From the NCBI GenBank assembly GCA_016214025.1, contig JACRPH010000028.1:1-49532 (forward strand): a DNA stretch of 49,532 bases, written 5' to 3'. The position numbers and the translations under genes are program-made. Shown one piece after another: positions 1 through 8,166 of this stretch; within the stretch, counting starts at the first letter, position 1; each line of letters opens with the position of its first letter. The notes under the pieces were generated by a model. The model saw only the letters and a list, made by a program, of their open reading frames with translations. It had not been told where the DNA came from and searched no databases. Source of the stretch: Candidatus Woesearchaeota archaeon. Its GTDB lineage: Archaea > Nanobdellota > Nanobdellia > Woesearchaeales > GW2011-AR9.

Positions 1-261
1 CTTAATATCGAACAATGTAGAAAAGATGCATATCTCCCTGCATGTGGCGGGGGTTGTGTATGTAAAGCACAATGGCAAAGCAAAACTTATCATGCCCCTG
101 GTTGCGGGACTGAAAAATATCTTTTAAAAGACAAAGTTAAAGTTTATATAGAAACATTAGATTTATCTGATAAACCAATGAATCAAATAGGAAACTTCAG
201 ATTACAAAGAATAGAAGGGCATCAACAGCCAAAAATGTCTCACTGTTATGTTTTAGTCTGA
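1..261 (+). CDS. C-terminal part of a radical SAM/SPASM-domain protein (5'-partial, runs off the window)
   Basis: Frame 1 is open from base 1 to TGA at 259-261. It reads LNIEQCRKDAYLPACGGGCVCKA, a SPASM-like Cx2(C/D)x5CxGGC motif. Not in the supplied ORF track. Confidence 0.6.
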   Translation, partial: LNIEQCRKDAYLPACGGGCVCKAQWQSKTYHAPGCGTEKYLLKDKVKVYIETLDLSDKPMNQIGNFRLQRIEGHQQPKMSHCYVLV

Positions 262-272
262 GATGTGTAAAA

Positions 273-437
273 ATGGAATTAAAAAAAATAACTGAACAGG
301 TGTATTATATCCCAAATCATGCAAATATCGGGGTTGTTAAATTAGGAGAGAAATCAGCCATTCTAATCGACACCGGTTTAGATGATAATACCGGTAAAAA
401 AGTATTAAAGCTTTTGGAAGAGAAAGGTATGTATTAG
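273..437 (+). pseudogene. Truncated MBL-fold metallo-hydrolase (first 54 codons only)
   Basis: ATG at 273 reads MELKKITEQVYYIPNHANIGVVKLGEKSAILIDTGLDDNTGKKVLKLLEEKG, a typical metallo-beta-lactamase-fold N-terminus (ILIDTG). It stops before the HxHxDH motif, where the IS66 remnant begins. Confidence 0.75.
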
Positions 438-593
438 GCTTTAGACGATAGCCCTTAATTCTTTGTAATGGTTCAACCCCAGTAAGCGCCAGGTCTGAAA
501 TATACTTAGCATTACATGCATATTTCTCTTTCCCCGCTCACTCCTTAGACATCCAATGATTTTCTTTATCACAACAAATTTTCGCAGCCCCCT
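427..593 (-). mobile_element. IS66-family transposase C-terminal remnant plus putative IS end
   Basis: RGLRKFVVIKKIIGCLRSERGKRNMHVMLSIFQTWRLLGLNHYKELRAIV* resembles the C-terminus of IS66 transposases. The putative terminus GTATGTATTAGGC (427-439) lies where the MBL gene breaks. Confidence 0.7.
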
Positions 594-673
594 ATCAAAT
601 ATATAACGATACTTTCGGGTATATGCGCGCTTATCGAGGTCAGCCAACTTTCTAAATGGTCTTTTTCAAACAT
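569..673 (-). pseudogene. Truncated nucleotidyltransferase (DUF6036/AbiEii-like), N-terminal 30 codons
   Basis: ATG at 673 reads MFEKDHLESWLTSISAHIPESIVIYLIGGC and then runs into IS66 sequence and stops. YLIGGC is the start of the GG...D-x-D nucleotidyltransferase signature. It lies downstream of the wHTH gene that typically partners such enzymes. Confidence 0.65.
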
Positions 674-758
674 TTTTTACCCCATATAACGGCGGACATA
701 AATAATTATGCAAATAGATTATGCCCCCCGAATATAGTGTCGGATAATGATTGCTCAT

Positions 759-1739
759 TTATTTTTGTCCGACACTATACATCTGCGCCATGCGCTTAAA
801 ATCTTTTCTGTCAAAAGGCGGCAATAAATCCAGCTTTAGTAGATCCTGCTCAGACTCAAATATTTTCATGAAACTTTGAAACAGGGTATATTTTCCATAC
901 TTCATTGCTACCGGCAATACTTTAAGATACTTCAGCTTGTTCTTTACATAAAAAGTTGCTGCCAGATGCAAGGTTCTGGGATCATCTACCTCAAACAAAG
1001 AATGGACAAATATCTCTTCTTTGCGCAGCTTTTTTTTAGGGATATAGCATAATGCTGAAATTACGCCCACAAATACGCCATAATCCCGGTATCTAACTAA
1101 CCCGGATGTTTCTCCTTGGACATTATCTTCCCGGTCAACCTCAAAAAGCATCTCCTCCTGAAATCTCCATTTTATATGTCCGCCTATCAGCCCATAATTC
1201 TTATAGTCCAGAATAAATTGCCTTAACAAAGGCCACATTTTTGCGTTTATAGTGTATAAATCCCGCTTTTTTTGTACTATGCCCCTATTGAGAAAGCTGC
1301 GGATATATCTGTTGACAGTATGTTTAGATATCCGGCATAGTTTAAGTGCTTCACTCATGCTAATCCAATCTTCACTTATAGCCGCCAAAAACAGCAATTT
1401 GCTCTCGGCGAGGATATCTTCAAATTTGATATAAGGATATTCTATCATTAGCTCTCTTAGCCGGAGCGAATAATTCGTTCCTGAAATCTCTATTACTAAC
1501 CTGCTGTCTTGCTGATGGTATTTCTGCTTTCCGATTATAAATCCATTTGTTGCCAGCTCAGATATTATTTCTGAGATTCTATTAGCTGATTTATGGAGCT
1601 TTCCCGCTAATTTATCAATAGTGTTTGCCCCGTGTATAATCTCTTGGTATGCCCCCAGCATAGACTTGGTCAAGTGCATTTTTGTATTAAAACCGAGATA
1701 GTATTTAAATGTATCGGGAATATTACTCATTTCCAGCAT
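759..1739 (-). CDS. Tandem winged-helix protein, probable antitoxin/regulator partner of a DUF6036-like nucleotidyltransferase
   Basis: Two wHTH-like segments (TIDKLAGKLHKSANRISEIISELATNGF and MSEALKLCRISKHTVNRYIRSFLNRGIV). It sits upstream of the truncated NTase. The true start may be a later Met. Confidence 0.6.
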   Translation of the reverse strand: MLEMSNIPDTFKYYLGFNTKMHLTKSMLGAYQEIIHGANTIDKLAGKLHKSANRISEIISELATNGFIIGKQKYHQQDSRLVIEISGTNYSLRLRELMIEYPYIKFEDILAESKLLFLAAISEDWISMSEALKLCRISKHTVNRYIRSFLNRGIVQKKRDLYTINAKMWPLLRQFILDYKNYGLIGGHIKWRFQEEMLFEVDREDNVQGETSGLVRYRDYGVFVGVISALCYIPKKKLRKEEIFVHSLFEVDDPRTLHLAATFYVKNKLKYLKVLPVAMKYGKYTLFQSFMKIFESEQDLLKLDLLPPFDRKDFKRMAQMYSVGQK

Positions 1740-1768
1740 TTCAATATCATTACATCTTTAACAGAAAC

Positions 1769-1828
1769 TTACCCTTTCACCTTCCCAATCGGCTTCAGAG
1801 CTACAACTCTTCCAGCTATTCTGGCTTC
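1769..1828 (-). repeat. Diverged second copy of the rtcB 3' end
   Basis: Encodes EARIAGRVVALKPIGKVKG* versus the RtcB end EKAGITKRVVALKPIGNVKG*. Over the last 13 codons including the stop, 34/39 nt match 2376-2414. Confidence 0.9.
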
Positions 1829-1831
1829 TCC

Positions 1832-2068
1832 TCACTTCCCAACTAACCCCATAAACTCCTCTTTGCTCATCCCCGCTTGACGTATAATACTCAACAAGGT
1901 ACTGGGAAGTATCTCTTTATTCCCATGAATTGGAACTGTTACATACAAACCTCTTTCAACAGTACTTTTGTAAAGCGTAACATGAGAACCTTTCTGTCTT
2001 TTAATGATGAAGCCTTGCTTTTGAAGCAGAGAAAGCACTTCTTTCCCAAAAAGAGCTGGAAGTTTCAT
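1832..2068 (-). CDS. hicA: HicA-family toxin (dsRBD-like mRNA interferase)
   Basis: 78 aa with RQKGSH (catalytic His), VTVPIHG and TLLSIIRQAG motifs. Overlaps hicB by 4 nt. Confidence 0.92.
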   Translation of the reverse strand: MKLPALFGKEVLSLLQKQGFIIKRQKGSHVTLYKSTVERGLYVTVPIHGNKEILPSTLLSIIRQAGMSKEEFMGLVGK

Positions 2069-2343
2069 ATCGCTAACGGAACTCCAAACGTTCCGGAAAA
2101 TGATTCAGAAACAAGAATGTCTCTCTTCAAATCATTTTGTGTCAAGCCCAGCTTCTCCATCAGCTCCTCAGCATCTCCATTTTCCATCATCGCCTCTACA
2201 TGGAGCTCCACTGCTTCTTGTAAATTCTGGCGAGCTTCTTCTATTGTATCTCCTTGACTGGCCACATCCAATTCTGGACACCAAGAGGAATATCTTCCCT
2301 GTTCTTTACGAACAACTACAGTTAAAATAAGTTCTTTTACCAT
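2065..2343 (-). CDS. hicB: HicB-family antitoxin
   Basis: YSSWCPELDVASQGDTIEEARQNLQEAVELH is the partial RNase-H-fold HicB signature. Confidence 0.92.
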   Translation of the reverse strand: MVKELILTVVVRKEQGRYSSWCPELDVASQGDTIEEARQNLQEAVELHVEAMMENGDAEELMEKLGLTQNDLKRDILVSESFSGTFGVPLAI

Positions 2344-2375
2344 ACTTTCCAGAAAGCGTTTTTATTTATAAATCT

Positions 2376-3854
2376 TTACCCTTTGACATTCCCGATCGGC
2401 TTCAGAGCAACCACACGTTTGGTAATCCCTGCTTTCTCTAACGTCTCTACCACAATATTAATATCTTTATACGCTCCGCCCGCTTCTTCCGCCAATCCGG
2501 CCATGGTCGTTCCATGCACATAAATTCCCCGCTTCTCCAAGTCTTTCTGCAATGCATCTCCTCGGAATTGCCGTTTAGCTGCCTCTCGACTCATCACCCG
2601 GCCAGCGCCATGCGCAGTAGAAGCAAAAGTTTCATCATCTGCCATATCCGTTCCCACTAGAAGATACGAACCAGTTTCCATACTTCCGCCCAAAATCACC
2701 GGCTGGCCCACTTTAGCATACTTCGCCGGTAAATCAGCAGCTCGAGAAGGGCCAAAAGCTCGGGTTGCACCTTTGCGATGTACTAACAACTCTTTCCATT
2801 CTCCATCAACTTTGTGTTTTTCCAACTTAGCAATATTGTGAGCTACATCATACACTAACTTGATTTCCATCTCCTCTATGGTCTTTCCAAAAACCTCACT
2901 GAACACTTTGCGAATTTGGTGGGTAATAACCTGCCGATTAGCAAAAGCCATATTGGCCGCACAAGCCATCGCTGCATAATAATCCTGCCCTTCCGGAGAA
3001 TTAAATGGTGCGCACGCTAATTCCCTATCCAAAATCTTAATCCCATACTTAGGCATAACCTCTAAAAATGTCCGTAAATAATCCGTGCCGATCTGATGCC
3101 CAAAACCACGTGAACCGCAATGCACCATAATAACTATTTGTCCGGGCGTAGTAATTCCCATTGCTTTAGCCACTTTTGGAGCCAGAATATTTCCTTCACG
3201 CACTTCCTGAATTTCTAAATAATGATTTCCGCTGCCTAGAGTACCAATTTGATCAAACCCGCGTTTAATCGCCGAATCAGAAACCTTGCTGGGATCAGCT
3301 CCTTTGATTTTCCCCTGCTCTTCGATACATTCAACGTCTTCTTTAGTAGCATAGCCATTCTTTAAGCACCATTGTGCCCCTTCTATCATCACTTCTTTAA
3401 ATTCTTCTTTAGAAATCTTTACAAACCCTTTACAGCCCACTCCTGCCGGAACCGCTTTATAGAGCGCATCGACTAGCGGTTTGATTTTGGGTTTAACTTC
3501 ATCAATGGTAAGATTAGTAGTCATCAGGCGCATACCGCAATTAATATCAAAACCGATACCGCCCGGACTAATTATGCCTCCTTCTTTGGGATCAAACGCT
3601 GCCACTCCGCCGATTGGGAAACCGTATCCCCAGTGACCATCGGGCATGCAAAATGCATACTTCTGGATTCCTGGCAGACACGCCACATTTGACACCTGAT
3701 TGAAGACACCCGCATCCATTGACTCAATAAGTACTTTATCTGCATAAATGCGTGCCGGAACCCTCATCCCTTCTTTAAAAGACGTGGGCAGTTCCCACAC
3801 CACCTCGCTTATCTGCTTAAGCATCTGCAGAGGAGCTATTTTTGGCTCTTCCAT
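2376..3854 (-). CDS. rtcB: RNA-splicing/repair ligase RtcB
   Basis: MPDGHWGYGFPIGG, GFDINCG, GTLGSGNHYLE, HCGSRG, YDVAHN, HRKGATR and HGAGR motifs. 492 aa, no intein. Confidence 0.98.
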   Translation of the reverse strand: MEEPKIAPLQMLKQISEVVWELPTSFKEGMRVPARIYADKVLIESMDAGVFNQVSNVACLPGIQKYAFCMPDGHWGYGFPIGGVAAFDPKEGGIISPGGIGFDINCGMRLMTTNLTIDEVKPKIKPLVDALYKAVPAGVGCKGFVKISKEEFKEVMIEGAQWCLKNGYATKEDVECIEEQGKIKGADPSKVSDSAIKRGFDQIGTLGSGNHYLEIQEVREGNILAPKVAKAMGITTPGQIVIMVHCGSRGFGHQIGTDYLRTFLEVMPKYGIKILDRELACAPFNSPEGQDYYAAMACAANMAFANRQVITHQIRKVFSEVFGKTIEEMEIKLVYDVAHNIAKLEKHKVDGEWKELLVHRKGATRAFGPSRAADLPAKYAKVGQPVILGGSMETGSYLLVGTDMADDETFASTAHGAGRVMSREAAKRQFRGDALQKDLEKRGIYVHGTTMAGLAEEAGGAYKDINIVVETLEKAGITKRVVALKPIGNVKG

Positions 3855-3910
3855 TGTTTACTTAGTTTAAGAAGTAGTTATTTAAATGTTTCTTAGGAAT
3901 TTAAAATAAT

Positions 3911-4447
3911 TCACTTTTTGAATGTTAATTTGTCCGGCTTTCTATTTCCTCTTAATTTCAGAATATCCCTCTCTTTTAATAAACAACTTCGGTTATGTTT
4001 AATTGCTTTATCAACATTTCCATCCAGCCATGCTTTCATACAACTAAAACCATCCCCATTAAAAGGATCCCCATGCTGAGAAATATTTAGGGCCTGAACT
4101 ACCCTCTCCTTTTTCTCAAATCTTTTCCGATTTAGTTCCGAATCAAACTCAACCGGAGTTCCCATAAAGTGAAATAAAGTGCCTCTCTCAAAATCAGACT
4201 GAAAGGCATGAAAAGGCCGTTTAAGAGTAGGCAGGATTTCTTTAATCTTTTCCCTGAGTGCGTTGATTGAATTTTGTTTTTTTGCGCATAGAATTTTTAG
4301 TTTACGGTTGTCTATAAATCCAAAGAGGACGGGTGTAATATCTTTATAGCGTCTTGAATCAGGATATTCATTAAAAAAACCAATCGTCTCCAGATCAATT
4401 ATGGTCCCCTCAAAATTAGAATCTATTTTCTCTTCATGAATTATCAT
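3911..4447 (-). CDS. RNase H-like (DEDD/YprB-type) domain protein
   Basis: IIDLETIG at the N-terminus and HNRSCLLKE near the C-terminus resemble the DxE and YNxxD motifs of RNase_H_2/DnaQ-like folds. The last acidic residue is not canonical. GAGGTG RBS upstream. Confidence 0.5.
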   Translation of the reverse strand: MIIHEEKIDSNFEGTIIDLETIGFFNEYPDSRRYKDITPVLFGFIDNRKLKILCAKKQNSINALREKIKEILPTLKRPFHAFQSDFERGTLFHFMGTPVEFDSELNRKRFEKKERVVQALNISQHGDPFNGDGFSCMKAWLDGNVDKAIKHNRSCLLKERDILKLRGNRKPDKLTFKK

Positions 4448-4592
4448 CTTAAATGTTCACCTCTTTACTTAAATTCAGTTCAGCACCTAAAAGTTTATAA
4501 ATTTTATGCAGTGAAGTGATACTTATGAAAAAATTTGTATAACCTAGTGTCAATGAAGTCCTAAATCCCAAAAAAATATAATCCTAACCAGA

Positions 4593-5009
4593 ATGAAATA
4601 CTACAACCTAACCCAAACCGAAGGAAACCGAATGTGCTACTTCCGCTCCACCGATATAGAGCAGAAGAACTACAAGAGATTGCTGTGGAGCGTACCCGAT
4701 GAAATGCTTTATTTTTTGGCTAAGGGGAAGAAAATAATTGTAATAGATAAGTCCCTTAAACCTAAAGGAAAAGTAGAGAAGATTTTTATTCCAGTGTTAA
4801 ATGACTTGCTGAATTATTTGTATTTTAAAGAGAAACCCACTAATCCATACTTACAAAATCACTGGTGGAGAGCTTGGGCAGAAATAAAAAGAGACACCCA
4901 ACTCCGTCGGAAATTCTACTTTTGGAAGAAATACATCTCTTCTCCGGTTAATATTCAGCCGAAAACGATTAAAGTAAACCGGGAAAATCCGAAATTGGAC
5001 GCAGTGTAA
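4593..5009 (+). CDS. Hypothetical protein
   Basis: 138-codon ORF filling the gap between two minus-strand genes. No motif recognised with confidence. Confidence 0.55.
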   Translation: MKYYNLTQTEGNRMCYFRSTDIEQKNYKRLLWSVPDEMLYFLAKGKKIIVIDKSLKPKGKVEKIFIPVLNDLLNYLYFKEKPTNPYLQNHWWRAWAEIKRDTQLRRKFYFWKKYISSPVNIQPKTIKVNRENPKLDAV

Positions 5010-5018
5010 AAAGTCCAC

Positions 5019-5666
5019 TTACGATTTTACCACCTTCTTCCAATCTTCCAGGAACTTCTTGATTCCGCTGTCAGTTAAAGGATGCTTCATCATCTGCTCG
5101 AGCACTTTAAATGGGATGGTAGCAATATGCGCCCCACACAAAGCTGCTTCTTTGGCATGAAGAGGATGCCTGACACTGGCCACTATCACTTCCGTCTTAA
5201 ATCCATAATTCTTGAACATCGTAACAATCTCCCGCACCAATTCCATCCCATTGTGGCTGATATCATCTAACCTGCCCACAAACGGGCTGACATAAGTAGC
5301 TCCTGCTTTCGCTGCCAGCAGCGCCTGATTGGCAGAAAATATCAACGTCAAGTTAGTTTTAATCCCTTCGGTGGTAAGTTGTTTCGTAGCTTTCAATCCT
5401 TCAGCGGTAAGCGGAACTTTAATTACGATATTAGGATGTATCTTAACCAGCTCTCTGGCCTCTTCCAACATCCCTTCTGCTTTCAGGCTAATCACTTCAG
5501 CAGAGATAGGCCCATCAACGATAGAACAAATCTCTTTAACTACCTCTTCAAAATTTCTTCCTTCTTTAGCTATCAGAGAAGGATTGGTAGTAACCCCATC
5601 AATAATTCCCCAACTATTAGCAGTCCTAATCTCTTCTACATTAGCCGTGTCGATAAATATTTTCAT
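5019..5666 (-). CDS. tal: Small-type transaldolase / fructose-6-phosphate aldolase
   Basis: [24 protein letters not shown] (Schiff-base Lys), [29 protein letters not shown] and AASVRHP. GAGGTG RBS. Confidence 0.95.
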   Translation of the reverse strand: MKIFIDTANVEEIRTANSWGIIDGVTTNPSLIAKEGRNFEEVVKEICSIVDGPISAEVISLKAEGMLEEARELVKIHPNIVIKVPLTAEGLKATKQLTTEGIKTNLTLIFSANQALLAAKAGATYVSPFVGRLDDISHNGMELVREIVTMFKNYGFKTEVIVASVRHPLHAKEAALCGAHIATIPFKVLEQMMKHPLTDSGIKKFLEDWKKVVKS

Positions 5667-5769
5667 ATTTGCACCTCTTTAAATTATTTGTTTAAATTTG
5701 AAAGGGATATATTCGTTTTATTAATCATTATGATTTATTCTTCGCGAAGAGTAATCCATTAGCAGGTTC

Positions 5770-6957
5770 TCAATGGGCATCATTATACTGTTTTTTCATC
5801 TTTTCCGATTGAAGCAATCCGGAAATAAAATCCGAAGTAGTGGGAACACACCCCCTTACCGCAGTTCCAAAGCTTTTATTTTTGTGAACCGCACAATTAC
5901 CAAACAGTAAAGCCTCAGGATTAATTTCTCCGGAATAATCTCCCAATACCATCTCTTTACCGGCTAGAATAGATAGAAGTTCAGGCCTCTGAGTTTTTAC
6001 TTTTTTAAAAGAAAGGTATAAAGCCCCTAAACAGCTGCTGCAAGCCTGTCCGTCTTTGATAAATACTTGATATTCTTGTTCTAAACTTTCTGTTCCCGGT
6101 GGCTGGCTTTTAAATTTTGTTGAAAAAGATGAAATCTCCCCTCCAATAATCTCCAGCTCCGAAGGAATCAAAGATATATCTCCCCCACTCCCCCTTTCCG
6201 CAGCCAATCTCAGGTGGTCTACAGAATAAGGCTCTAAGCCCATGATTTTGGCACAGGCATAATCTGCCGCAACCAAATCTACCGAAGCTGCCAGAACCTT
6301 TCCTTTCTTAGGTTCATCTAATTCACTTCCTAAGATTCCATCAACTAAACCCAGAGTTGGAGGAAGGCAGCTCATTAGGTCAGCTAAAGCTGGAGCGATT
6401 CCCAGATGATGAAATCTTTTTTTATCTGCATCTTTTAATAGCCCTTTAAGATTTTTAATAGTTCCGGAAATGCCGCTGACATAATTCGTCTTAAGTTTTG
6501 CCAGGCTGAAAAGGTAATCTGCGGAAAATATCTCGGTGGGGATTTTTATTTTTTTCAGAATTAAACCATTATCTATTTTTACCTCCTGGTACCGGCTTTT
6601 CTTAAAATCAATTAATTCTACCGAAAGCTCTTCAGCAATTTTGGCAATGCCGGTGGAGCGGTAAGCGGAACTTGTATCTATCCCTACACTGGAAGATTCT
6701 CCTATCTTCACCGCAGCGTCGGCAGACTGTAATAATTTGATTGTTCCCCGAAGAACCTGCGGATGAGTGGTTCTTCCTTCCTCAGGTAAAAAAGCTTCGG
6801 TGCAATTAGGTTTTAATAGAACTTTTTTGCCACTAACTAGCTCTAAGATCCCAGAAGCAGAAAGCACTTCTTCTAACTTCGAGTGTATTTCTTCAGGATT
6901 ATAATTCTCCTGTTTAACCAGAGCGACTTTAATCATGGGATTAGTTCCGTTAACCAT
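5770..6957 (-). CDS. DUF362-family Fe-S protein
   Basis: KVLLKPNC, TTHP, IGESS, SLAKLKT, TIKNLKG and DLVAAD, plus C-terminal CSSC, GNCA and GCVP cysteines. Confidence 0.85.
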   Translation of the reverse strand: MVNGTNPMIKVALVKQENYNPEEIHSKLEEVLSASGILELVSGKKVLLKPNCTEAFLPEEGRTTHPQVLRGTIKLLQSADAAVKIGESSSVGIDTSSAYRSTGIAKIAEELSVELIDFKKSRYQEVKIDNGLILKKIKIPTEIFSADYLFSLAKLKTNYVSGISGTIKNLKGLLKDADKKRFHHLGIAPALADLMSCLPPTLGLVDGILGSELDEPKKGKVLAASVDLVAADYACAKIMGLEPYSVDHLRLAAERGSGGDISLIPSELEIIGGEISSFSTKFKSQPPGTESLEQEYQVFIKDGQACSSCLGALYLSFKKVKTQRPELLSILAGKEMVLGDYSGEINPEALLFGNCAVHKNKSFGTAVRGCVPTTSDFISGLLQSEKMKKQYNDAH

Positions 6958-6964
6958 AGAATCA

Positions 6965-8068
6965 TTATAGGGTCAGTTCCAAAGCCTCCTTTGCTCTAAG
7001 ATAAGCACCGTGCAGATTAGAGCCGGCCAGATCATGTGACAATCTGGGTGGACAAGCAACCCTTTTCTGCAAAAGGCTCTTCTGCAGCTCTTTTTTGAAG
7101 CAGCTAAAAGAGTTCATGATTAATCCACTTAAGCAGATTTCCGGAAAACCATCCAGATGGCCTTCTTCCCGGATTATTTTTTCGGTCTCGGCAATCCCAT
7201 AACCCAGAAAATAACCTAATAGCTCAAAAGCTGCACGGGCATAATAATCTCCGGATTCGGCGAAGCGGCTTAAGCTTTTGGCGATGCTTCTTTCGTTGAA
7301 GTTAGGGTCAAGCTCATTTTTTTGATGGGGATTTTCTTTTTGGAATTGGCTGATTTTATCATGATACCATTCTTCTAACATCTCCAGCCTTCCGGAAAAT
7401 AACATCTCCAGAAGTGTTTTCATTCCTGTAGCTGAAGCTATTTTTCCAATTTTAATATTTTCTCTGCTCCTGATTACTTTTTCTAAGCCTTCTTTTTCTG
7501 CCCCATATCTCAATAATTGGTGATAGATTTCTGATTTTGGCAGAGCGATTCGCAACCCTAAATCATTCGGAATGGGATTATCCTGCTCGGAAAATGGGCG
7601 GCCGGGATTAAAGCGGGTCTGGTAGGGCAAATTTCCTGCGGAATCAACATAGGCACTGCCAACGCCGAAGCCGACTACGACATACAAAAATCCGTTCTCT
7701 CCAGGCTTGAAAAAAGTTTTTTCGCTAAAAGCTCCGCAATCAGCATCATTATCAATAGTGACAATCTTTGCATCTAATTCTTTCTGGAAAAAAATTGGCA
7801 GGTTGAATTTTTCTAAAGAGGTTAAGACTGTGGAGCGGTATAAAGAGCCATCTGTGGCAATCAGTCCGGCCATACTTAAGCCGATGGCTTCCATCTTCTC
7901 TTTGGAAAAACTTTTTATCTTATTCAGTAAATCGGTTTTAGCTTTCTCCAAGCCGCAATCACGATAATCATGGTGCCAGAGAGTTTCTTTTTCTATTTGC
8001 TCTCCAAAATAAACCCTGGCTTTAACTGCGGTTCCTCCTAGATCCAAAGATAATATTCTGGGTTTCAT
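6965..8068 (-). CDS. ROK-family kinase (divergent)
   Basis: LSLDLGGT, IGLSMAG, IDNDADCGAFSE and VGFGVGSA. The ExGH and Zn-Cys motifs are absent. GGAGG RBS at 8078-8082. Confidence 0.8.
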   Translation of the reverse strand: MKPRILSLDLGGTAVKARVYFGEQIEKETLWHHDYRDCGLEKAKTDLLNKIKSFSKEKMEAIGLSMAGLIATDGSLYRSTVLTSLEKFNLPIFFQKELDAKIVTIDNDADCGAFSEKTFFKPGENGFLYVVVGFGVGSAYVDSAGNLPYQTRFNPGRPFSEQDNPIPNDLGLRIALPKSEIYHQLLRYGAEKEGLEKVIRSRENIKIGKIASATGMKTLLEMLFSGRLEMLEEWYHDKISQFQKENPHQKNELDPNFNERSIAKSLSRFAESGDYYARAAFELLGYFLGYGIAETEKIIREEGHLDGFPEICLSGLIMNSFSCFKKELQKSLLQKRVACPPRLSHDLAGSNLHGAYLRAKEALELTL

Positions 8069-8070
8069 TA

Positions 8071-8166
8071 AGATTTAACCTCCACTAAGATTTGCTTCTA
8101 CCAACAAGGGGCATAGATTCAGATTTAACATTCGCTAAGATTTGCTTGTACCAACAATGGGCATAG
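8071..8166. repeat. Imperfect tandem duplication (period 50 nt) of the 3' end of the ThiC-like gene
   Basis: 8071-8116 versus 8121-8166 match at 41/46 nt. They encode LCPLLVEANLSGG* and LCPLLVQANLSEC*. Confidence 0.9.

Noticed and set aside
441-647. 68-aa ORF as an intact gene
   Set aside because: Chimeric: its first ~18 codons are an alternative frame of the truncated NTase, and only the remainder is IS66 transposase.
8071-8166. Diversity-generating retroelement TR/VR pair at the ThiC-like 3' end
   Set aside because: The five mismatches (A/C, C/G, C/T, A/G, T/G on the coding strand) are not adenine-specific, the copies are directly tandem, and no reverse transcriptase is in the window.
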